Virus record (IMG/VR): IMGVR_UViG_3300023084_000004
Strand: one strand, 5' to 3'
Length of the DNA stretch: 64,000 nucleotides
Source: a virus
Shown here: piece by piece, positions 18,568 through 28,315 of the stretch
Numbering within the stretch: the first letter of the stretch is position 1
Layout: the number at the start of each line of letters is the position of its first letter
Made by a program: the position numbers and the translations under genes
The notes under the pieces: model-generated
Seen by the model: the letters and a program-made list of their open reading frames with translations, nothing else
Database searches by the model: none
Told to the model about the DNA's origin: nothing

Positions 18568-21500
18568 CTAGGTTAATGCAATACCGCGATAATCTCTTAA
18601 TGTTGGTGCATTATGCACATTAGGAGATAATAAATCTATTCTAATAGCAAATCTTCTGAATCCTGTCCAGTTGGTTGATGCGTCATTAGAATATGTTAAA
18701 ACTCCATTTCCATCTTTGTTATCATCAGATACTCTAAACTTAAACTCTCTATAATCATGCAGATTAGTATTACTTGAGAATACACCAACACCTTCAAACA
18801 ATTCGAGCTCAATCCAATCTACAGAATCAAAAGGCTCACTATCAAAAGAACTTTGTGGTCTAATATAAGCCTTAATATCAGATCCTGATGGACGATATCC
18901 TGTTACAATTAAGTGTAAATCTTCAGCATCAAGATCAGCAGCTAATTCAATAGATTTTGAAATATATTTAGAAGAAGTTGCTGCGTCATTTGTAATCTTA
19001 TATGCATAAGCTAATAGTTTTGATGTTTCAATATCTACAAATGGAGTTGATGTTACATTAGCATCATTTTCCATTTCAATTACGATATCAAAAGCTTTTG
19101 AACGATTTGGGTCGTTTGATTTACTATAAACAATTACACCTTTTTGACTAAAATGATTATTATCATTAAATGACATTGGCATACTATAAGTTACATTTAC
19201 ATCAGAAGGTGGAACAAAGGTTCCTCTTACTAATGTTCTTGATGTTGAATCAACAGCCTTATTAATAAGCGGTTGAATATAACTAAGATTAATATTATCG
19301 ATACTTACTACGTTTGCTTGTTTACCACTATCTAATCCTAATATATTTGCACCCGCCGCAAATACTGAACCAGATCTAACTGAGCTTTCTTCTAAATGCA
19401 TTTCATAAGGATTATTAATATTGTAGTATGAAAGTTTACCGATAACTACTGGTGTACCTGTTCCATTACTTACTGCAAAAGGTGCAGGTTTGTCAAGTGT
19501 AAGTGTCGTAGCATTTTCAATACTTACAATTTGGAAAATATCTGATTGAGTATTACCTGCATTCGCGATAAGAATATAATCTTCTTCAGCATACGTATCA
19601 TCAAGCGCAGTACCTGTCATCGTACTTGTATTAATAGGTACGTTAACGGTAGCACTTGTTGAACCTTGAAGTGATTTAGTTTGATAAATTGTTTCACCAG
19701 GAATAAATCTTCCAGTAATATTATCAACTGTTAAAAATTCATGATCGTTATTTGTCATTGTGACAGAACCAGTTGCAGTGTTGAAGTTATGTCTACGTAA
19801 AGTAAATTTCATATCTTCATCCTGGTATGACTTCCAAGCACTATTATTGGTAGAGCTGAATAATACCCCATCTCCCCAATCCTGTACAATGGCAGCCCCC
19901 TGAGTGACTCCTGGTGTCAAATCTGTGCCGCCTACCTTAGAAGTATATACTAAGTAGTTAGGATCTGATGCATCTGGTTGAACTACAATTGCATATTCTT
20001 TTTCAACATCAAGTCTTACAGGTGTATCAAACGCAAATGTAGTTGCGATCGAAGCATCGTCAGATACTGAGTTTGTTAAATCAGTTGGTAATTTGTGTAC
20101 AACTGAGAATGGAACGATTTGATTTGAAGGATAACCATTTACAACTTCTCTTACCTGTAATGACACACCATTAGTATCACTTACACGTTTGAAGTATACA
20201 TCAACCTCTGATAAGTAAACAGAGTTTGAACCTTGTCCCATACCTTTCTTAATAAAGAATGTTTGAGCAATTGGGTCACGACCTCTTGGTCTTCTTGCAA
20301 CGTTTCTTGTAGTTGTCGTTGTATTAACATCAAATTCTGGTTGACGAGTTGATGTTGTTAAACTTGTTTTTTCAACGCTAAAGTTGTATGCTCTATAAGT
20401 AACAAACCCTCTTGATGTTGAACCACTTTCAATACTATTATATAAATTAACATCAGCAATTTCTAATACTCTGTCACCAACAAAGAATGTTTCTGGTGGT
20501 AAAGCAAATACTGCTCTTAATACACCATTTGCATCTGTTGTAACAGCGTCACCTTTAGAACCATTACGTTTAATTGATCCTGCAGTATTATCAGGTGAAC
20601 CTGGAATTACGTGAGCATTAACGTCAACACCATCAAAGAAGAAATAATGTCGTACATTTGGACGTAAGCCAGACATATAAACTTTAATGTCACGGCCGGC
20701 CATGTATGGTTTGAAACTAAAATTAGAAACAAAGTCTCCAACAAATTGTTCTTGTGTTGAACCTTGTGATACACTAATTTCGCTTGTTCGAGTTGTTATA
20801 GTCGTAACTTCTGTTCCGCTACGACCGCGACCACCCATACGTCTTCCCCAACTCCAAGCATCTTCTCTAAATTCAGTTGTTTGAGTTGTGTCAGTGAGTG
20901 GTAAAAATTCTTGAATGTTATCAACAAATTCCTCGAAAGCTGTTGACATATCAATGTCAATAGTAACTGGATTTGTTGTTGTATCGTATGCAGCATCATA
21001 AGGTGGAGAAATAACTCCATCACCTTGATATTTGTAGAAGTTACTTACTGCATTACGGAAACCTGAAGCATAAGGTTGATTAATGATTTCAACATTTGCA
21101 TTACGACCGAGTGTTCCAACTTTAGCATCTGATGTTGTTGGGAAGATCGAAGCTCCAGTACTTGTTTTATATTTAAGATCCATAGAATAAGTTTTAACTG
21201 CAGGTGTTAAAATCTTTTGATTAAATGGAACAGCTGCATTAAAAGATGGATCTTGAATATTTGCTAATGAGAGATCATTAAATGGATCAACTACAAAACC
21301 GTTTTTAAATCTGTTTAAACCATTTTCATCTAAAACATTTAGATTTTGTGTTTCTGATTCTAATTGGTTTAATGAAATATAATAAGCCATGTTATCAATC
21401 TTCTTCTCTAAAGAATGAAGATCTTTCATGGTATAATTTTTAATTCCTGTAGAACGTGCTTTAATCGCGTATTCTCTTTTCTTCGCAGTATTAGCAGCTG

Positions 21501-23940
21501 CAGAACTGAGTGCAGGGAAACCAGGAATATTAACTTCAGCAACAACAAGTTTATCTGTTTCTACTCTAGGAGGTGAAGGCTCTTTAGCTTCTTTACCTTT
21601 TATTAAACTTATTTCTCCATAAGAATCACATACGATTGCATCGATTCTTGACAAATAATATTCAATATCTGTTGTTGCACTTGCTGCTGAGGCAGGCACT
21701 AATGGAGAACCTAGATCTGAAAAACTAATTGGATATGCACCAACTGCGGTTGTTACCGTACCAGCAGAAGCTGGAGTAGTATCGTTATAATCTACTACAG
21801 AATCTTTATTGATATATGCTCTAAAGTCAAAGCATTCTCTTAGATTAAATCTATTACCTACAGAAGAAGTATATACTGGAATATCATATTTGTCTAATGA
21901 GTTAGGATAACTGTTTATTGTAAAATAAAATTCTCCAGAAGATGTGCTTACTTGGAAAACTTTTAATTTAATAGTTAAAACTCCATTTGCAGGAAGTGGT
22001 CTTCCTTGGATATATTCCATATATGAAATATCATAGTAAGTATCTTTCTGATTATTTTTAAGTACAAAACTGTTTGTATAATCATCACCGCTTGCATCTT
22101 CTATACTTGTAATAGCAAATACATCAGGAAAACCTAAACTGTATTTAGTTGTCGAACTTGTAAAGTTAACTTTAACGTATGGTTCTGCAACTGTTTTATT
22201 ATAGGGATCAACACCTGCAATCGAACCAATTAATCTTTTATTATAGAATAATGTAACGTTTGTTGCTGAACTTGCAGCAGGATCTAAATTAATTGTGAGT
22301 TGACTATTATTAAGTGCAAGTGAAGTACTTAAAACTGGAATTACTGTATTTGTATTATCAACAACAAGAATATCATTTTGGTGAACATCAAAATCTTCAC
22401 CAGGATTTGCTGTAAGTGTTATAACATTACCTGTTTGTGTTGCCGCAATTTGATCTCTTACTGGAATCAATGTATCTGTTGTTCCAAATACACTTCTCAT
22501 ACCAGTATTAAAGAGTAAAGATTTTCTACCTGCTTCTCTTATTCTTGGATCAACTTCAATATAACCAGAGCCATCGCTGAGTCTTGCAATATTTGATATT
22601 GTATTTGATCCTGTTAAAGTAACTGCTGTTAAATAAACTCTTGTAGGTGTAACGTTAATTGCAATAGCGGTACCAATATTACTTCCACCACTATTTTGCA
22701 CATTAACAGGTGTCCAATCAATATCTACTGTTCCATTAATAGAAACAACTGAAAGATAATTTCCATAATCAAATGAAACTGATTGAGCATTTTGAGTTTC
22801 TGTTGAACTAATCTGATCAATTGTAAATGAACGTTCACCAGAATTTTCTACTCTATAACCTTTTACGTATGCTGTACCTGTTCCTAATAAAACATTTACA
22901 TTACCATCTCTATCATCTGTAGATAATGGAAATTGTTTTAAAACGTAGTTACCTGATTCTTCGTAAGTGCGTCTAGCAAGTTCTTCACCTAATACATTAT
23001 ATTGAGAAACGTCTCTTAAAGTAATAGCGTTTCCGTTTTGGTAACGAATAAGTGTAAAGAAATCAGCGTCAACATCGGCATCTGCTGTATCTAAAACAAC
23101 AAGATTTGGAATTAGTTTTAATCTATCAGCACCAGGCGCATTTTCGTTACTTGAACCGTTTGCATTATCATATAAACTATTATCTTGTAACGCATTAGTA
23201 GTTGATTCTGTTACTGAATAACCTACAGATACTGCATCAGGCGTATTATTATATTTGGATACAACTAATATTTGATCTTGAGCAAATAAGAAATGACCTT
23301 TTTGGAAAATAACACCAGGAGCGGATTGAATACCAAAAGATCTTCCTACATGATTTGCAAGAGATGTTACAGCTAAACCTGGAATGCTTTGTGTTTCTGA
23401 AGCAAATACGGTATTTGTAACACCAACTTTATATTTGTAAAGTGTGACGGTTAATGGCTCACCAGCTCTAAATTCTGTATCTGATGTAGCTGAATTAACA
23501 GGTGTTAAATAATTAATATAAAAAGTATTTAGATCTGGTGGTCTTGTTTCAAAACCTCTTGAAGCAGAAATAATTTGAGCTCTTAATCCAGAGTTTGCAC
23601 CAGTAACTTCGTAAACATAATCAAGTTCTAATTCTTGACCGAGAATAGTTTCTGTAACTCTTCTGCTAATATAAGACGTTGGATCGAACCCTGTAACGTC
23701 AATAAGTTTTACGAATCTAAGATCATCAAGATTTGTAAAAGAACAACCTTTAACAATACTACCTTCTTTAAAGATATTATCGCCAAATTGCTCCACTTGA
23801 TTTTGGAGCATTGATTGTAATTGTGTTAATTCCCTTGCCTGTACAGCAAACCCAGGTTTAAAGAGCACACGATAGTATTGATTCTCGAGATCAAAATCGT
23901 CGAAATATGGTGATTGGTTTAGGTTTGTGTTAATAGGCAT
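18568..23940 (-). CDS. DUF4815-type large baseplate/virion structural protein (1790 aa)
   Basis: N-terminus TNLNQSPYFDDFD...YYRVLFKPGFAVQARELTQLQSMLQNQVEQFG and internal LNRFKNGFVVDPF match the DUF4815 family of aquatic T4-like phages (recalled). Confidence 0.8.
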   Translation of the reverse strand: MPINTNLNQSPYFDDFDLENQYYRVLFKPGFAVQARELTQLQSMLQNQVEQFGDNIFKEGSIVKGCSFTNLDDLRFVKLIDVTGFDPTSYISRRVTETILGQELELDYVYEVTGANSGLRAQIISASRGFETRPPDLNTFYINYLTPVNSATSDTEFRAGEPLTVTLYKYKVGVTNTVFASETQSIPGLAVTSLANHVGRSFGIQSAPGVIFQKGHFLFAQDQILVVSKYNNTPDAVSVGYSVTESTTNALQDNSLYDNANGSSNENAPGADRLKLIPNLVVLDTADADVDADFFTLIRYQNGNAITLRDVSQYNVLGEELARRTYEESGNYVLKQFPLSTDDRDGNVNVLLGTGTAYVKGYRVENSGERSFTIDQISSTETQNAQSVSFDYGNYLSVVSINGTVDIDWTPVNVQNSGGSNIGTAIAINVTPTRVYLTAVTLTGSNTISNIARLSDGSGYIEVDPRIREAGRKSLLFNTGMRSVFGTTDTLIPVRDQIAATQTGNVITLTANPGEDFDVHQNDILVVDNTNTVIPVLSTSLALNNSQLTINLDPAASSATNVTLFYNKRLIGSIAGVDPYNKTVAEPYVKVNFTSSTTKYSLGFPDVFAITSIEDASGDDYTNSFVLKNNQKDTYYDISYMEYIQGRPLPANGVLTIKLKVFQVSTSSGEFYFTINSYPNSLDKYDIPVYTSSVGNRFNLRECFDFRAYINKDSVVDYNDTTPASAGTVTTAVGAYPISFSDLGSPLVPASAASATTDIEYYLSRIDAIVCDSYGEISLIKGKEAKEPSPPRVETDKLVVAEVNIPGFPALSSAAANTAKKREYAIKARSTGIKNYTMKDLHSLEKKIDNMAYYISLNQLESETQNLNVLDENGLNRFKNGFVVDPFNDLSLANIQDPSFNAAVPFNQKILTPAVKTYSMDLKYKTSTGASIFPTTSDAKVGTLGRNANVEIINQPYASGFRNAVSNFYKYQGDGVISPPYDAAYDTTTNPVTIDIDMSTAFEEFVDNIQEFLPLTDTTQTTEFREDAWSWGRRMGGRGRSGTEVTTITTRTSEISVSQGSTQEQFVGDFVSNFSFKPYMAGRDIKVYMSGLRPNVRHYFFFDGVDVNAHVIPGSPDNTAGSIKRNGSKGDAVTTDANGVLRAVFALPPETFFVGDRVLEIADVNLYNSIESGSTSRGFVTYRAYNFSVEKTSLTTSTRQPEFDVNTTTTTRNVARRPRGRDPIAQTFFIKKGMGQGSNSVYLSEVDVYFKRVSDTNGVSLQVREVVNGYPSNQIVPFSVVHKLPTDLTNSVSDDASIATTFAFDTPVRLDVEKEYAIVVQPDASDPNYLVYTSKVGGTDLTPGVTQGAAIVQDWGDGVLFSSTNNSAWKSYQDEDMKFTLRRHNFNTATGSVTMTNNDHEFLTVDNITGRFIPGETIYQTKSLQGSTSATVNVPINTSTMTGTALDDTYAEEDYILIANAGNTQSDIFQIVSIENATTLTLDKPAPFAVSNGTGTPVVIGKLSYYNINNPYEMHLEESSVRSGSVFAAGANILGLDSGKQANVVSIDNINLSYIQPLINKAVDSTSRTLVRGTFVPPSDVNVTYSMPMSFNDNNHFSQKGVIVYSKSNDPNRSKAFDIVIEMENDANVTSTPFVDIETSKLLAYAYKITNDAATSSKYISKSIELAADLDAEDLHLIVTGYRPSGSDIKAYIRPQSSFDSEPFDSVDWIELELFEGVGVFSSNTNLHDYREFKFRVSDDNKDGNGVLTYSNDASTNWTGFRRFAIRIDLLSPNVHNAPTLRDYRGIALT

Positions 23941-23955
23941 ATCGTATTACTTTCC

Positions 23956-25830
23956 TTAAAATTCCAATACAAACTTAAATTCTTCTCTTGATAGGTCTGT
24001 TCTTGCTAATGGGAAGAAATCTTCCATGAAATAAACCTCACCTGTTCTTTGAACATAGTTTGAAAATACAACATTAGATGCTACTGGACTATTTATAGTA
24101 ATTGTTTGACCTGTATCGTTTCTAAGTTGTAATGTTAAATCTAAAGAGGTATCTCCATTTCCTGAGTCTGGATTACTTTCATAAGGACCCATATATTCTG
24201 CTAAATAAGCCGTATTCGCGCTTTCATCTACTTCATGAACTTTAGCAGAAAAAACTACTTCATTATCAGAATTTAATTGAGTTACTGTTGTATTTGCGGT
24301 TAATCTATCTATATCGTCTGTTGTGATGGCAATTCTATTATCAAAAATTGTTGGTGTTGATGTATGAAAACTTGGTGATCTTACAATTCCAACACCTGTA
24401 TAAGTATTTGTATCTCCAATTCTAGTATTATCATCGGCAGAAATATAAGCATAAAAACTAAAATGCTTACATCTAAATTCTTCTAATACGTTATATGTAT
24501 GTCCACCATCTGGTGATAAACGAGGTCTTATGACTGCTCTTACGTCAGTAGTTGTTGTATCTTCAGGATCAAAATCATAAGCTGGATCAACAACTTCTGC
24601 TGTAATATTATCATAACCACTACCTTGATTTAATACAGTGATTGAAGTGATTTGTCCATTTTGAATTTGTGGAATACCAACTGCTCCTCTTCCATTTCCT
24701 TTAATATCTACTCTTGGGAAAATACTAAATGAAGCATTTCCAACAACACCTGAAGCAACTGCATCTCTTTCTGTTATATATGTTCCACCACTAGAATATG
24801 CAGTAAATCCAGTACCGTCTACATTTGTACTTAATCCTCTATCTGCCTTTAAGGCAAATGTATCTGCAGATAAAACTTGTACGTAATAGTTATTTCCATT
24901 TAATTCTGTCATTCCTACGACATTACTAAATGTAATTGATTGGCCATTTACAAACCCGTGTTCTACTGAAGTACATACAACTGGATTTGCTTGAGTTGCA
25001 AAAGTTATTGCACCTCGTGTTTTACCATAAATTTTTTCATTACCTACTCGTATTTCAGCGTTACCAGTATTTTGATTATAAAAATAATATTGTATTTCAA
25101 ATAAATTTGCAACGCCATTTGGATTTACTGTGTAAATATTTTGTCCAACGTAATAACCTGTAATAGGACTCCAAGTTGAAAAAGGATCTACTAACATAGT
25201 GCCATCATAAAATGGAGATGAAATTAATCCACCCGTTTCTTTAACATATCCAGAATTGTCTAATGGATTAGTAACAACAATATCAGATAATTTTGATCCT
25301 TGACCTAAAGTTGGATTAGTATTAAAAGTTCCAATAATTGGTACATAACCTAAAGCATTATAAGCTTCGAATTGTAATTCACTAATAACATACATATATT
25401 TCCATACGTACCCATCAGCTGTTTCATAAACTTGGTTTGTAGTTGTTGGATTATAATTAGGAGGTGATGTTACTGTTGCGCCATTATTATTATTCAAACA
25501 TTTATAAACGCGATAATCACCAGTTTCATTATCGTTAGGTCCAACAACAGCATAGAATTTTTGATCTGTTAAATCTACTGTATCATCATATTCAACATAC
25601 ACTTGACCAACCTGCCAAGGATGATATCTAATCATAAAATGAATATCATTGATTTCAACTTTTTTGCCAAACAAAGTTCTTTCTAAAAATTCATTTTTAG
25701 AAAATTTAGAATCTACTGGATCGAAAGAATCGATAGCGGAAACAAACAAGAAATAATCATTGTTATTAATATCATCAATGAATAATCTTGTGATATCCGT
25801 TTTAAAATTGTTAGATAATACTTCTGGCAT
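23956..25830 (-). CDS. gp8: Baseplate wedge subunit gp8 with internal insertion
   Basis: YRVYKCLNNNNG...TADGYVWKYMY and C-terminal GEVYFMEDFFPLARTDLSREEFKFVLEF are typical of gp8. Confidence 0.85.
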   Translation of the reverse strand: MPEVLSNNFKTDITRLFIDDINNNDYFLFVSAIDSFDPVDSKFSKNEFLERTLFGKKVEINDIHFMIRYHPWQVGQVYVEYDDTVDLTDQKFYAVVGPNDNETGDYRVYKCLNNNNGATVTSPPNYNPTTTNQVYETADGYVWKYMYVISELQFEAYNALGYVPIIGTFNTNPTLGQGSKLSDIVVTNPLDNSGYVKETGGLISSPFYDGTMLVDPFSTWSPITGYYVGQNIYTVNPNGVANLFEIQYYFYNQNTGNAEIRVGNEKIYGKTRGAITFATQANPVVCTSVEHGFVNGQSITFSNVVGMTELNGNNYYVQVLSADTFALKADRGLSTNVDGTGFTAYSSGGTYITERDAVASGVVGNASFSIFPRVDIKGNGRGAVGIPQIQNGQITSITVLNQGSGYDNITAEVVDPAYDFDPEDTTTTDVRAVIRPRLSPDGGHTYNVLEEFRCKHFSFYAYISADDNTRIGDTNTYTGVGIVRSPSFHTSTPTIFDNRIAITTDDIDRLTANTTVTQLNSDNEVVFSAKVHEVDESANTAYLAEYMGPYESNPDSGNGDTSLDLTLQLRNDTGQTITINSPVASNVVFSNYVQRTGEVYFMEDFFPLARTDLSREEFKFVLEF

Positions 25831-25866
25831 TTTATAAGCTCATTGAAAAAATTTGATTGTTAGTTT

Positions 25867-25874
25867 TATTTATC
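25867..25874 (-). promoter_or_regulatory. Late-promoter variant GATAAATA
   Basis: Intergenic, 37 nt upstream of the gp8 start. Confidence 0.45.
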
Positions 25875-25882
25875 TTCATTCT

Positions 25883-28312
25883 CTAAGCTACTCTAATCTT
25901 CCGCCTAGGATATGTTTGTCCTGTTGCTGGTCTAGAAGTATAAGTTATACTTCTTGGTTGCTTTGTTTTTCCTGCTGTTCCCATTCTTATTGACCAAGGT
26001 AACCAAACTCTTGTGTTTGGAGTTGTGCCCATAATTCCACTGCCTGAATAATAATATTCAGTTTCACTTAATATAACAATATAATTAGCCATTGCAGCGT
26101 GGTTCGAACAAATATAATAATAGAGCCCTGCAGGTACAGTGTCGGTGGCCCAAATCATAAATCCTGATTGAGTTCCATTATTTGTTACACCAGTATTATA
26201 AGCATCAGCAGAACCTTGTACTACACTTCCTTTGTATTGTTTAATATACATAGGATGTCCTGTTGCATTAATACTAAAAGTGAGTGTATCACCTTTTCTT
26301 ATAACTAATATTGGATCATTAGTACTACTAAATGTTTCTGCTCCAACAGTTCCTGTAAAGGTATAAGCCGTAGTTCCGTTAGCTCCTACAGAAACTGCCC
26401 AGTTATCGTTATAACTGTTTCTATCTTGTACTCTTTCTGTTAACTGTGTGCGTTGAGTCATAGTTTGGTTTACAAGGTAGCTACCTTGTAATCTATGTCC
26501 CCACATTTCTGTGCCCGCTGCAGGAAAACTTGTTTTACTTACTGCATTACCACTACGATCTTTTCCTAAATCTTCTACTAATGGAAGAGGGTGTTGAGAG
26601 AAAGTACTTCTTATCATGGTTCTTAATTCTGCGATACTTGGCCAAGATGCTCCGCCTTCTCCATGATAATAATGATCAAGCATTAATGCGACTGCACCAA
26701 CCACATTTGGACATGCCGCTGAAGTTCCAGAAAATGTTCCCCACTCAAATCCATTTGAGTCAGTTTTAACATTATAAACAGATGTCGCACACCATGAACC
26801 TCTTCCTTGTCCTATTGCATCAATCGCTGGACCTCTTGCGGGATAATGCTCCATTAATGGGTTTGTTGTACTAAACTGATATGATGAAACATAAAATGAA
26901 TAGCGATTACCGAGATACTCACACCTATGAGTATATTCTGTACCAGTTACAGGAGCATAAGTGTTTTCAGTAGCAGTAACTTTATTACTGCCAGTGGATT
27001 CGTTTAAGTCATAGTAAAAATAATTTGAATCCATAAAGATTTGATTATTATACTGAGGCTGGTCTGTTCTTGCAAAAACAACTGGAGAATTACCAGATGC
27101 GAAGAACATATAAATCCCGTTAACACCATTAAAGAAATTTAAAACAGCATCCCAAACAGTATCCCTAGAAGAGTTTGAACGAAAAGTTGCGATTCCCCAC
27201 TTATCAGTTCCATTAGCACCAGTCGTGTTAACAACATTGAATCCGTTGTCTATGAAATCTGAGTAATCACTTCCCCAACCACCACCTGGTCTAGTTACTG
27301 TTGTTTGATTTCCATCATCATCAAATGCGTTAAAAGAAGAAATTTCTTCGATAGGTATAATATTCTCAGCTCTTACATCATCAGCGTAACCCCAAGAATT
27401 GTTTACGATAGTAGCGTTTCGTTTACCTGTATCTGGGTTAACTGGTTTTGCTTGATGCCATGCAAGAATTGCTGCATAAATTGATAATTCATTATCATAA
27501 GTCGCATCAGCATAATAAAGGTTTGCGTTTTTTGCCCAACCACAATAAGTACCTGCTGCAACTGATGCACATCCAAGTGCGTGTGTACCAAAGTCTGTCC
27601 AACCATTTGTGACTTGATTATTTCTTACGTTGGTTACTCCCGCATCATAATCACCCCAATCAACAGCAACAAATCTAAAATTATTAGATGCGTCTTTGAA
27701 ATCTGGATGTGCTTGAGCCCACGATGGCTGTTCAAGAGCACCACCACTAGGGTCTACAATAACAATATCAACAGTGCTTCCATCAAAATTATGAGATATA
27801 GTCGTATTTGTTGATGCGTAAGTATCTTCTTGAGTTCCACCACCAAACTGAGCGTTATTAAAGAAACCTAAAGGCCTTCCATTTGGTGTTGGTGCTGTTG
27901 TATTTGTATCCCAGAAAAATTTAGCTGGAATAAAATCAGTTCCATCAAAAGTACTTGAAGGATAAGAAGTGTCGAAGTATGTTTCAACAGTCGTTTTACC
28001 GTTACGATTTTGTGGGTTATAACTATAAAGTACTTTATCTTGTTCGACATTTACACTAACAACATCATCTCTTTCTGAAATAGTATTCGCTTCTTCTTCG
28101 GTAAATTTAAATACACATATTCTATGAAACATGCTAGGATTAGCAATACATTCAAATCCTTGTGAATTTAAATCTTCACAAAAAGCGTCGCAGTCGGTTC
28201 CTTCGCTTAAACGGATTGAGTGATTTTTTCTACCATTAGAATCTGCTTCATGAGGAATAACTCTATAAAGTTCTTCTGGTGGTAAAAATTTTAATGACTC
28301 GTCGATTGCCAT
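25883..28312 (-). CDS. Subtilisin-like S8 serine protease with C-terminal cupredoxin-like domain (809 aa)
   Basis: Triad motifs VDIVIVD (Asp), GTHALGCASVAAG (His) and FSGTSAACP (Ser); oxyanion FASGN. C-terminal GHPMYI...YYICSNHAAM. Confidence 0.8.
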   Translation of the reverse strand: MAIDESLKFLPPEELYRVIPHEADSNGRKNHSIRLSEGTDCDAFCEDLNSQGFECIANPSMFHRICVFKFTEEEANTISERDDVVSVNVEQDKVLYSYNPQNRNGKTTVETYFDTSYPSSTFDGTDFIPAKFFWDTNTTAPTPNGRPLGFFNNAQFGGGTQEDTYASTNTTISHNFDGSTVDIVIVDPSGGALEQPSWAQAHPDFKDASNNFRFVAVDWGDYDAGVTNVRNNQVTNGWTDFGTHALGCASVAAGTYCGWAKNANLYYADATYDNELSIYAAILAWHQAKPVNPDTGKRNATIVNNSWGYADDVRAENIIPIEEISSFNAFDDDGNQTTVTRPGGGWGSDYSDFIDNGFNVVNTTGANGTDKWGIATFRSNSSRDTVWDAVLNFFNGVNGIYMFFASGNSPVVFARTDQPQYNNQIFMDSNYFYYDLNESTGSNKVTATENTYAPVTGTEYTHRCEYLGNRYSFYVSSYQFSTTNPLMEHYPARGPAIDAIGQGRGSWCATSVYNVKTDSNGFEWGTFSGTSAACPNVVGAVALMLDHYYHGEGGASWPSIAELRTMIRSTFSQHPLPLVEDLGKDRSGNAVSKTSFPAAGTEMWGHRLQGSYLVNQTMTQRTQLTERVQDRNSYNDNWAVSVGANGTTAYTFTGTVGAETFSSTNDPILVIRKGDTLTFSINATGHPMYIKQYKGSVVQGSADAYNTGVTNNGTQSGFMIWATDTVPAGLYYYICSNHAAMANYIVILSETEYYYSGSGIMGTTPNTRVWLPWSIRMGTAGKTKQPRSITYTSRPATGQTYPRRKIRVA

Positions 28313-28315
28313 CTA

